From Clostridia bacterium (lineage in GTDB: Bacteria; Bacillota; Clostridia; Peptostreptococcales; JAAYPU01), in assembly GCA_016278615.1 (NCBI GenBank), contig JADQBM010000029.1:22668-86667 (forward strand): 64,000 nucleotides of DNA, written 5' to 3'. A program made the translations under genes and the position numbers. The notes under the pieces were generated by a model, which did not search any database, was not told where the DNA came from, and saw only the letters and a program-made list of their open reading frames with translations. Positions 46,277-54,489 of the stretch are shown one piece after another. Numbering within the stretch: position 1 is the stretch's first letter; every line of letters starts with the position of its first letter.

Positions 46277-48055
46277 GTGAAAAGCGTTAATATTAATATC
46301 AATGGTTTGCCTTTTCAGGCAGATAAAAACGATACCATCTTAGAAGCTGCTAAAAAAAATGGTATCATCATTCCAAGTTTATGCCATCTTGAAGGTGTAC
46401 ACGACGGAGGGTATTGCAGAATCTGTGTCGTTGAAGTTGAAGGAGAAAGGAATCTCAGAACTTCATGCAATACAAAAGTTAAAGAAGGCATGATTCTTCG
46501 AACAAACACACCTAAGGTTAAGCAAGTCAGAAAGATAGTTTATGAACTGATGCTGTCCAATCATCCTAAGGATTGCTTGAGCTGTACAAGGAACCAGCAC
46601 TGTGAGTTTCAAAGCTTAGGCGAGTTGATTCAAACAGAAGAAGATCGATTTACAGGGACCCTTTCCAATGTCTACGTAGATACCTGTAACCCTTCTATAG
46701 AACGAGATATATCTAAATGTATTTTATGTAGAAGGTGTATAACCATCTGTAACGAAATACAAGGCGTTGGTGCCATTAACATGCAAAACAGAGGTTTTGA
46801 TTCTTTTGTAGGGCCTCCTGAGACATTGAACTTAAATGACGTTAATTGTGTTTTATGCGGTCAGTGTACAACTGTTTGTCCAGTTAATGCTTTGAAAGAA
46901 AAAGATTCCATTGAAGACGTGAAGAAAGCATTAAATGATCCTACAAAAAGAGTCCTGGTTCAAACCGCTCCTGCAATACGTGCAGCATTGGGGGAAGAAT
47001 TTGGATATGAACCCGGAACATTGGTAACAGGAAAAATGGTTACAGCGCTTCGACTTATGGGGTTTGATGATGTCTTTGATACCAATTTTGCTGCAGATTT
47101 GACTATTTTAGAAGAGGGAACGGAATTCTTGGGTAGAGTGAAAAAGACTTTGTCAAAAGATCCCGTAACACTTCCCATGATAACCAGTTGCAGTCCTGGT
47201 TGGATCAAATATATTGAGCATACTTATCCTGATTTGCTTCCCCATCTTTCCACTTGTAAGTCGCCCCATATGATGCTGGGTGCCCTTGCAAAGAGCTATT
47301 ACGCGGATATAATCAACGAAAAACCTGAGAATATCTATGTGGTTTCTATTATGCCGTGTACCGCAAAGAAATATGAATGCACCCGAGAAGAAATGATTCA
47401 AGATGTAGATGCTGTGCTCACTACCCGGGAATTAGCAAGGATGATAAAAGATTATGGTATCGACTTTGTTAATCTGAAGGAAGAAAAATTCGATGACCTA
47501 TTAGGATTTTCTTCGGGAGCAGCTGATATATTTGCAAATACAGGTGGTGTTATGGAAGCAGCCGTACGAACAGTATATGAAATAATAACTGGAAGAGAAA
47601 TTCCTTTCGAAGACCTTCATATTCAACCTATTATGGGACTTGAATCTATAAAAGAAGGCTCTCTTACCATTGAAGATCCTGGTGAAGACTGGAAAGCTCT
47701 TGAAGGCTTTGAGGTCAAGATTGCTGTTGCCAGCGGGCTTAAGTCTGCTAAAAAATTACTTCAACAAATTGAAGACGGAACTTCTCCTTATCATTTCATT
47801 GAGATTATGGCATGCCCCGGCGGATGCATCAGTGGTGGAGGCCAACCAAGGCTCACAACAGATGAAATACGCCAAAAGAGATTAGAGGCCATATATCGAG
47901 AAGATGAGGGAAAATCTATCAGAAAATCTCACCTGAATCCAGAAGTCAACAAACTATACGAAGCTTACTTAGGCAAGCCCAATGGGGAGCTCTCTCACAA
48001 ATTGCTCCATACACATTATGTTGCCAGAGGCACTTATAACGAGCAGGTTAAGTAA
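46277..48055 (+). CDS. hydA: [FeFe]-hydrogenase catalytic subunit (multi-cluster, CpI-like)
   Basis: H-cluster motifs TSCSPGW, MPCTAKKYE and ACPGGCISGGGQP, plus N-terminal 2Fe-2S and 4Fe-4S cysteine motifs. GTG 46277 lies 5 nt after AGGAGGTGA and is preferred over the track start 46241. Confidence 0.9.
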   Translation: MKSVNININGLPFQADKNDTILEAAKKNGIIIPSLCHLEGVHDGGYCRICVVEVEGERNLRTSCNTKVKEGMILRTNTPKVKQVRKIVYELMLSNHPKDCLSCTRNQHCEFQSLGELIQTEEDRFTGTLSNVYVDTCNPSIERDISKCILCRRCITICNEIQGVGAINMQNRGFDSFVGPPETLNLNDVNCVLCGQCTTVCPVNALKEKDSIEDVKKALNDPTKRVLVQTAPAIRAALGEEFGYEPGTLVTGKMVTALRLMGFDDVFDTNFAADLTILEEGTEFLGRVKKTLSKDPVTLPMITSCSPGWIKYIEHTYPDLLPHLSTCKSPHMMLGALAKSYYADIINEKPENIYVVSIMPCTAKKYECTREEMIQDVDAVLTTRELARMIKDYGIDFVNLKEEKFDDLLGFSSGAADIFANTGGVMEAAVRTVYEIITGREIPFEDLHIQPIMGLESIKEGSLTIEDPGEDWKALEGFEVKIAVASGLKSAKKLLQQIEDGTSPYHFIEIMACPGGCISGGGQPRLTTDEIRQKRLEAIYREDEGKSIRKSHLNPEVNKLYEAYLGKPNGELSHKLLHTHYVARGTYNEQVK

Positions 48056-48070
48056 GTTCAAAATTAAAAA

Positions 48071-48107
48071 GCAGCTTGTGGGTAATATCCGCAAGCTGCT
48101 TCTTTGT
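48071..48107 (+). terminator. Terminator of the hydrogenase operon
   Basis: GCAGCTTGTGG-gtaatat-CCGCAAGCTGC followed by TTCTTTGT. Confidence 0.8.
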
Positions 48108-48300
48108 CAGATAAAAGATAATGAAAAGAAAAAAGAGATAAGAGATAACAGATAATAGATAACAGTTATGGAGGATTTTGATTCTCAAAATCTTCATTTT
48201 ATTTTAATAGAATTGCTAGTTTTGCCTAAGCAAAACTTACCTTAACTATTATCTGTTATCTGTTATCTCTTATCTTTCTTTAACCTATTATCTCTTATCT
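48108..48300 (+). repeat. HATH element copy G (reference orientation), hydA|trmB convergent spacer
   Basis: Left arm 48108-48171. GATTTTG-attct-CAAAATC (48174-48192). AGTTTTGC-ctaa-GCAAAACT (48218-48237). ACCTTAACT junction. Right arm to 48300, containing the trmB stop codon. Confidence 0.9.
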
Positions 48301-48939
48301 TTCGTATTCAAGCGTTGCTTTGCAATAGTTTATTTTCATTCCCCTACGCGAAAATTTTTGTTCGTATTCTGTCATTACATTATCCATAAGTATGCTATGA
48401 AGGTCATTGGTAACGTCTTGCACTGTAAAACCGCAGAGTTCGAATTCTTTTAAAGAAAAATCAAACAAATCCTTGTTATCTGTCTTAAATTCAATAATTC
48501 CTTCAGGCTTTAGTATCCGTTTATAGGATTCAAGAAAGTTCTTATGTGTCAAGCGTCGCTTAGCATGTCGTATTTTGGGCCACGGGTCACTAAAATTGAG
48601 GTAAATCTTATTGATTTCATTTTCCCCAATATATTCGCATATTACATCTGCAAATCTCCATGCACACTTTACATTATTAAGCTCACTTTTCTCAATTTTT
48701 TCAAGTGCTCTCAACAAGACAGTACCAATTGGCTCAATGGCAATATAGTTGGTGTCTGGGTTCATCTCTGCCAAAGACGTGATAAATCTCCCTTTTCCGC
48801 ATCCTATCTCTATATGGATTTCATTTTCATTCTTAAAAAATTGATTCCATTTCCCTTTATGATCTTCTGGTTTTATTGCAAGAATTTGTGAGTAACTCAT
48901 TACTTTTTCTTTTTCATTTTTAACACGTCTCTGTCGCAT
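48295..48939 (-). CDS. trmB: tRNA (guanine-N7)-methyltransferase
   Basis: EIGCGKGRF SAM motif and DPWPK motif. ATG 48939 is preferred (the track TTG lies inside the GGAGGA SD). The stop codon lies inside the HATH-G arm. Confidence 0.9.
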   Translation of the reverse strand: MRQRRVKNEKEKVMSYSQILAIKPEDHKGKWNQFFKNENEIHIEIGCGKGRFITSLAEMNPDTNYIAIEPIGTVLLRALEKIEKSELNNVKCAWRFADVICEYIGENEINKIYLNFSDPWPKIRHAKRRLTHKNFLESYKRILKPEGIIEFKTDNKDLFDFSLKEFELCGFTVQDVTNDLHSILMDNVMTEYEQKFSRRGMKINYCKATLEYER

Positions 48940-48950
48940 TGTATCCTCCA

Positions 48951-49126
48951 AGAATTAGAGATGTGAGATAATAGATGAAAGATAATAGTTAATAGTTAAG
49001 GTGAGTTTTGCTTAGGCAAAACTACAATTTGAATAAAATATAATGGAGATTTTGAGTATCAAAATCATCCTAAACTATTATCTGTTATCTCTTATCTGTT
49101 ATCTGTTATCCATTTATCTTACTAAG
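48951..49126 (-). repeat. HATH element copy H, nrdG|trmB spacer; close inverted copy of G
   Basis: Left arm 48951-49001. AGTTTTGC-ttag-GCAAAACT (49004-49023). GATTTTG-agtat-CAAAATC (49048-49066). Right arm 49077-49126. The reverse complement aligns with G through arms and core. Confidence 0.9.
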
Positions 49127-49156
49127 TTAAACAAAGAGCAGTCTCCACTGCTCTTT
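49127..49156 (-). terminator. Terminator after nrdG
   Basis: AAAGAGCAG-tctcca-CTGCTCTTT overlapping the stop codon. The minus strand continues TGTTTAAC. Confidence 0.7.
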
Positions 49157-49838
49157 ACCGTACAATTACTTCCTGAACATAGCTTGCCAAACTTTGCTTC
49201 ATTTTATTTAGCTCATTTTGAGCAAATGGGGTATAAGCTTTATTGTCATCTAAAAGTACGCCACTTCTTTTAAAATTTTGAATGCAAAACCGCTTGGCAT
49301 TTAAAATTGATTGAGCAATATCAACCAAATCCTCTTCTTTTATTATTTCTTTATGGACCGTGGTCCGAAACTCATAAGAAATATGAGAATGCTTTATTAT
49401 ATCAATACTTTCTTCAATCTTTCGTATGTCTACACTTGCACCCACTACCTTCTGATATTGTGATAAAGGTGCCTTCACATCCATTGCAATATAATCTATT
49501 ATATCTTCGTCTAATAGTTTTTTAAATAATATAGGGTTCGTCCCATTTGAATCTAATTTTACAAGAAACCCCATGCTCTTTATTTCTGCTATAAAATCAG
49601 CAAGATCCCCGTTTAAGGTGGGTTCTCCTCCAGAAATACAAACACCATCTAGATATTTTTTTCTCTTATTCAGATGCTTGAAAATTTCATCTGGGTCCAT
49701 GACGTTCTTTGTTTTATTTACCAAATCAGGATTGTGGCAATACCCGCAACGAAAATTACACCCTCCAGTAAAAAGCACTGTGCATATTTTTCCCGGATAA
49801 TCAATAAATGAAGTCTTAACTTGTCCTAAAATCTCCAT
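49155..49838 (-). CDS. nrdG: Anaerobic ribonucleotide reductase activating protein (radical SAM)
   Basis: CNFRCGYCHN radical-SAM cluster motif; directly downstream of nrdD. Confidence 0.9.
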   Translation of the reverse strand: MEILGQVKTSFIDYPGKICTVLFTGGCNFRCGYCHNPDLVNKTKNVMDPDEIFKHLNKRKKYLDGVCISGGEPTLNGDLADFIAEIKSMGFLVKLDSNGTNPILFKKLLDEDIIDYIAMDVKAPLSQYQKVVGASVDIRKIEESIDIIKHSHISYEFRTTVHKEIIKEEDLVDIAQSILNAKRFCIQNFKRSGVLLDDNKAYTPFAQNELNKMKQSLASYVQEVIVR

Positions 49839-49840
49839 GT

Positions 49841-51970
49841 TTACCCTACTTGAGTGATGGTTTTAATTTTCTGGTTATTTTTTAAGCTATTTTCCACAGA
49901 AAATTCAATTCTATCTTTGAATTCCTCCTGTTTTCCTCTGTTCCAAGACTGTACTGGGCGATGAAATCCTACAACTCTGGACCAGACTTCCGCTTCTTTA
50001 CCGCAAGTAGGACATTCAAAATGTTCTCCTGCAATATAGCCATGCTCCAAACAAATTGAAAAAGTTGGTGTCACCGTAATATAAGGAATGGCTGTATTTT
50101 CCATTACTTTCTTAATAAATGATTTGCAAGTCTCAATGTCCTCAATTTGTTCACCTAAGAAGCCATGGAGAACAGTTCCTCCCGTATAAAGAGTTTGAAG
50201 TTTTTCCTGCCTTTCGACCGCTTCGAATATATCATCCGTACTATTCACTGGAAGCTGCGTTGAGTTTGTATAGTATGGCTCATCTTTACCTTGTGTGAAA
50301 ATATTTGGGTAAACCCTTTTATCCAGCCTTGCAAATCTATAGGATGCTCCTTCTGCTGGAGCCGCCTCCAGATTCCATAGGCTTCCCGTTTCTTCCTGAT
50401 ATATCTGTATCACTTTATTCATGAATTCCATAATTTCAACTGCAAATTCATTGCCTTCATCTGTATTTAGATCTACACCTAAAAGATTTAGACAGGCTTC
50501 ATTCATTCCATTAAGTCCAATAGTGGAGAAGTGATTTTTAAAGAATTCGCCCGTTGCATTTTTGATATCTTGTAGGTAATACTGTGAATAAGGATACAAT
50601 CCTAATCCCATGTACTGTTCCAAAATGATCCGCTTACTTTCACATATTTCCTTAGCATATCCCATGAGCTGATGCACCTTTTGTTTGAATTCTTCTTTTG
50701 TCTTGGAAACATGCCCAATTCGTGCCATATTAAGGGTAACCACGTTAATGGACCCTGTTAATGGATTCGCCCCAAAAAGTCCGCCTCCGCGTTTACGAAG
50801 CTCTCTGTTATCTAACCTAAGCCGACAGCACATGGAACGAATGTCTTCTGGAGATAAATCTGAATTTAAGAAATTAGCAAAATAAGGGGTTCCAAACTTT
50901 CTTGTCATTTCCATAATTTTATTAACGGAATCCGATTCCCATGGAAAATCTTCGGTAATGTTCACGGTTGGGATAGGAAAACTAAAAGCCCTTCCTGCAC
51001 CATCCCCCTCCATCATTACTTCACTATAAGCGATGTTAAACATATCCATTTCTTTTTGGAATTCCCCATAGGTTTTATCTAACAACTCCCCGCCAATCAT
51101 AACCGCCTGATTTTTCAAAATAGCATGGGGGGTAATATCAAGGGTTATGTTTGTAAAGGGTGTTTGAAACCCTACTCGCGTGGGGACATTTAAATTGTAT
51201 ATAAATCGTTGCACCGCTTTTTTAACTTGCTTATAATCAAGCTGATCATAGTGGATAAATGGAGCAAGGTAAGTATCTACACTTGAAATCGCCTGAGCAC
51301 CAGCAGATTCTCCTTGCAATGTATATAACAGATTGGCGATTTGCATTAGGGCTGATTCAAAATGTTTGGGTGGCTTAGACTCAATTTTGCCCTTTGCACC
51401 TCTAAACCCATTTCTTAAAAAGGCCTCTAAATCCCAACCACAGCAATAAGGTGCCAGAAGTCCTAAATCATGTATATGTAAGTCACCTTTGATATGAGCA
51501 TCTCTTAATTCTTTTCTATATATTTTATGAAGCCAATACTTCTTGGTAATGCTTTCAACAATATGATTGTTAAGCCCTTGAAGGGAAAATCCCATATTGG
51601 CATTTTCGTTGACGCGCCAATCTTCAAGAGATACGTATTCTTCAATCATTTTTTCCGCATCCATAAATAGATTTTTAACTTCACGAATTTCCTCATGTTT
51701 CTTTCTGTAGATGATATAAGCTTTAGATGTCTTTGCATGGCCTTCTTCTATAAGGACCTTTTCAACAATGTCCTGTACATCTTCCACAGACGGTATACTG
51801 GCATTATAAGTTTCATTAAGGATTTCTTCCACAATATTGGAAAGCCTCTGTGCCTGCATCTCATCTTGGCCACCAACAGCATGTGCTGCTGAAAAAATGG
51901 CATTTTTTATTTTGATTAAGTCAAAATCAACAATTTCCCCTGTTCTTTTCTGAATCTTTGTTACTGCCAT
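49841..51970 (-). CDS. nrdD: Anaerobic ribonucleoside-triphosphate reductase
   Basis: ATP-cone N-terminus, class III core, C-terminal CPTCG zinc ribbon and glycyl-radical loop. ATG 51970 (AAGGGAG 7 nt upstream) is preferred over the track TTG at 51991. Confidence 0.95.
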   Translation of the reverse strand: MAVTKIQKRTGEIVDFDLIKIKNAIFSAAHAVGGQDEMQAQRLSNIVEEILNETYNASIPSVEDVQDIVEKVLIEEGHAKTSKAYIIYRKKHEEIREVKNLFMDAEKMIEEYVSLEDWRVNENANMGFSLQGLNNHIVESITKKYWLHKIYRKELRDAHIKGDLHIHDLGLLAPYCCGWDLEAFLRNGFRGAKGKIESKPPKHFESALMQIANLLYTLQGESAGAQAISSVDTYLAPFIHYDQLDYKQVKKAVQRFIYNLNVPTRVGFQTPFTNITLDITPHAILKNQAVMIGGELLDKTYGEFQKEMDMFNIAYSEVMMEGDGAGRAFSFPIPTVNITEDFPWESDSVNKIMEMTRKFGTPYFANFLNSDLSPEDIRSMCCRLRLDNRELRKRGGGLFGANPLTGSINVVTLNMARIGHVSKTKEEFKQKVHQLMGYAKEICESKRIILEQYMGLGLYPYSQYYLQDIKNATGEFFKNHFSTIGLNGMNEACLNLLGVDLNTDEGNEFAVEIMEFMNKVIQIYQEETGSLWNLEAAPAEGASYRFARLDKRVYPNIFTQGKDEPYYTNSTQLPVNSTDDIFEAVERQEKLQTLYTGGTVLHGFLGEQIEDIETCKSFIKKVMENTAIPYITVTPTFSICLEHGYIAGEHFECPTCGKEAEVWSRVVGFHRPVQSWNRGKQEEFKDRIEFSVENSLKNNQKIKTITQVG

Positions 51971-52004
51971 ATCCACACTCCCTTGTGACAAACTTTTTGA
52001 AATA

Positions 52005-52020
52005 GTACAATATATAGTAT
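52005..52020 (-). promoter_or_regulatory. Candidate NrdR box upstream of nrdD
   Basis: GTACAATATATAGTAT matches acaCwAtATaTwGtgt at 13 of 16 positions, including all strongly conserved ones. It overlaps a TATACT -10-like hexamer on the minus strand. No second box was found. Confidence 0.35.
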
Positions 52021-52140
52021 AACACTGCCTATCCTATTTAAACAACAATTAATTATGATAGTTTCTGAGTAATTCTAGGAGGTTTTTCTTCATTTTTCTT
52101 CTGTTTTCTTTAATATTCATCAAGTTTTGCATTCCAAATA

Positions 52141-52170
52141 TAAAAACTGCTGATTCTTCTCTCAGCAGTT
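52141..52170 (-). terminator. Terminator after the small L,D-transpeptidase gene
   Basis: Minus strand AACTGCTGA-gagaagaa-TCAGCAGTT followed by TTTTATATTT. Confidence 0.75.
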
Positions 52171-52254
52171 CAAAATTCAACAAATAATTATTAAATATTT
52201 CCGAAATATTTTTTATGTATAACACAGATATTAGGTCCATGGTTTGAATGCCTT

Positions 52255-52743
52255 CTATTCATATATGAATACAGGAGTACCCAATTCAACTCGATCCCAT
52301 AAATCTTTTATATCTTCATCATCCAGGGAAATACATCCTGCAGTCCAGTCAAATACACTGCTTTTACCATGAATTCCTAGTTTTCCTCCCAATTGCGTTG
52401 ACCAATCCGGTCTTTTTTTATCTTCTATTGCCTTTTTGATTTTATCATATTCATCTTCATTAATGAGGCCATCTTTTAAGCCTCTTTCTGCATCTTTTAG
52501 ATTAGGATAACTTAGCCCTAAAAATAAGGTGAATCGGCTCATTTGATTTTTAGTGCAGATATAATATTCACCTTCAGGGGTTCTTCCATCCCCTTCTCTT
52601 ATCTTGTTTCCATTGGGTGAAAACCCTAATCCAATCTGAAAATGTCGGGTACATCCACCTTTCTCCCACAATTCCAGTTTCCGATCTGATTTATATATTT
52701 TTATGATTCCTTGGGAATTATTCGTTTCCATGGTTTCTTCCAA
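52255..52743 (-). CDS. Small L,D-transpeptidase-fold protein (YafK-like)
   Basis: LGIHGKS..TAGCISLDDEDI resembles the YkuD/YafK catalytic His and Cys region; 162 aa. Confidence 0.7.
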   Translation of the reverse strand: MEETMETNNSQGIIKIYKSDRKLELWEKGGCTRHFQIGLGFSPNGNKIREGDGRTPEGEYYICTKNQMSRFTLFLGLSYPNLKDAERGLKDGLINEDEYDKIKKAIEDKKRPDWSTQLGGKLGIHGKSSVFDWTAGCISLDDEDIKDLWDRVELGTPVFIYE

Positions 52744-52772
52744 CTCTTCCCCCTCCTTTACTTTCTACTTGG

Positions 52773-52901
52773 TTAGATAATAGATAAATAGATAATAGTT
52801 GTGGTAGGATTTTGTTGCACAAAATCTTCATTATAAGATGAAAGTTTTGCGTGCAAAACTATCCGTAACTGTTATCTCTTATCTATTATCTCTTATCTTT
52901 G
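52773..52901 (+). repeat. HATH element copy I, DUF4015-like|L,D-transpeptidase spacer
   Basis: Left arm 52773-52804. GATTTTG-ttgca-CAAAATC (52808-52826). AGTTTTGC-gt-GCAAAACT (52843-52860). Right arm 52871-52901. Confidence 0.9.
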
Positions 52902-52930
52902 AAGGGCAATTAACAATTGCCCTTTTAAGC
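52902..52930. terminator. 10-bp perfect hairpin between the DUF4015-like gene stop and HATH-I
   Basis: AAGGGCAATT-aac-AATTGCCCTT. The T-tract (TTTAAGC) is on the plus side only, so function for the minus-strand gene is uncertain. Confidence 0.4.
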
Positions 52931-54376
52931 TTATTTCAACGCATCTGTATGATACTTATTATGGGGATTCCAAATCATATATTCATGGACTCCCAAATCT
53001 TCTAATGCCTGAATTTGAGCTTTTAATTCTTTTGCTTCATATCGAATATATCCTTTAACCCAAGTTGCAGTAAAGTCCTGAATCCAAGGTCTAATTTTAG
53101 CTGGTGTGCTGATATTCTCATTACGTTCTAAAGCATCTTTTGTACCTTGGTAAATGGTTTCATAAGGATACGCATCTGGAACACTGAGCCCATAGACACC
53201 ATTTCCATAATGACTGGGGTACATCATGGGTGCAATGTAATCCACTTCATTGCTTACTGCCTCCCAATGTTGACCAATACCCATATCATCCGCTACAGAC
53301 CCTACCTGTCCATAAATATCTGCAGCAACATAAACTTCCTTCGCAGATAATTCATCATAGGCATAATTTAAAAAACTTTGAATGGTTTCAGCTTCTGTTT
53401 CTTCTTCGGTATTTCTAAAGTCCAATTGAGCATCCTTCGCTGGCGGTAAGGCAGGGAAACGGACGTAGTCAAACTGAATTTCATTAAAGCCATGATCCGC
53501 AGCTTCTTTCGCTATCGCCACATCGTACTCCCATAGCTTTCTGTCATGGGGGCTCGCCCAGTACATATTATCTGTGCTTTTATAAGGTTTTGCACCATTT
53601 TTATATACAATAATTCTCTCAGGATATTGATTCACATATAACGTGTCTTTAAAGGTTACGATTCTTGCTATTGCATAGATATCATTGTCCTTAAGCTTTT
53701 TCATAAATGCATCCATATCTTTTATGAATGCTTTGGAATTGGCATCTGGACAGAACTCTTCTGCTGCTTTTGAATTAAAAAGGACATATCCATAGTCATT
53801 TTTAACATCTATGACAAATGAATTAATTTCAGTTTCCTTTGCCAGTTCAATAAAGCGGTCGATGTTGGATATGGCACTGTGCAACGAAACATAAATTGCT
53901 TTCGCTTCAACCTTAGGATTGTTTTCATAATTTTCAACTTTATATTTTGGTTTGAAATTAAGATGTGTGAAGGCTTCTCTGAAATTCTCTCCAATATTTT
54001 TCAAAAGAGTTTCAGAGGGCACCCACCCTTCAATAAAATGGTCTATAATGACATATTTTATTTTACTCCAGGATTCGCCATTATCCAAAGTTATTTCATC
54101 TGAAAGCTCAACTGCTGAAAATTTAACGACATTTCCTTGAGCTTCCGATTGTATAGAAGTGTCACTGTATAGTATGACATCTGAGTTGGTATATCGTATG
54201 GCATCGGGGTTGTATTCTCCCAATGCAGCACGTGCCGCCTCTTGCTCTGTTATACTGTCAACTACCTGACCTTCAGTAGGTACTGCTGCCTCATTCGAAC
54301 ATGCTGTAAATGTAATGATAGCAGTCATCATGCTGATTGCTACCACATGCCATACTTTTTTCTGCAAGACAATCAC
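52931..54376 (-). CDS. Putative glycoside hydrolase-like TIM-barrel protein (DUF4015-like), secreted/lipoprotein
   Basis: Signal/lipobox ITFTAC-SN. Central INSFVIDVKNDYGY..FNEIQFDYVRFP resembles DUF4015 proteins, from memory. Confidence 0.6.
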   Translation of the reverse strand: MIVLQKKVWHVVAISMMTAIITFTACSNEAAVPTEGQVVDSITEQEAARAALGEYNPDAIRYTNSDVILYSDTSIQSEAQGNVVKFSAVELSDEITLDNGESWSKIKYVIIDHFIEGWVPSETLLKNIGENFREAFTHLNFKPKYKVENYENNPKVEAKAIYVSLHSAISNIDRFIELAKETEINSFVIDVKNDYGYVLFNSKAAEEFCPDANSKAFIKDMDAFMKKLKDNDIYAIARIVTFKDTLYVNQYPERIIVYKNGAKPYKSTDNMYWASPHDRKLWEYDVAIAKEAADHGFNEIQFDYVRFPALPPAKDAQLDFRNTEEETEAETIQSFLNYAYDELSAKEVYVAADIYGQVGSVADDMGIGQHWEAVSNEVDYIAPMMYPSHYGNGVYGLSVPDAYPYETIYQGTKDALERNENISTPAKIRPWIQDFTATWVKGYIRYEAKELKAQIQALEDLGVHEYMIWNPHNKYHTDALK

Positions 54377-54489
54377 TCTCCATCGTCAATTTTTTATGAT
54401 ATGAAACAATTATATCATCTTTAAGTAAAATTACTAAGCATAATTTTTTGTTTTCATTACATTTTTTCCTATTCTACGACAATAACTTC

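Noticed and set aside
48108-49126. Composite transposon carrying trmB, since inverted G and H copies flank a single gene
   Set aside because: There is no transposase, and trmB is a core housekeeping gene. Elements occupy many neighbouring spacers anyway, so flanking by two copies is expected. Only the unusually high similarity of G and H is kept as a finding.
52049-52240. 63-aa minus-strand ORF between the small L,D-transpeptidase gene and nrdD
   Set aside because: It spans an intrinsic terminator (52141-52170) and the nrdD promoter/operator region. It has no SD, and its composition is typical of AT-rich non-coding sequence.
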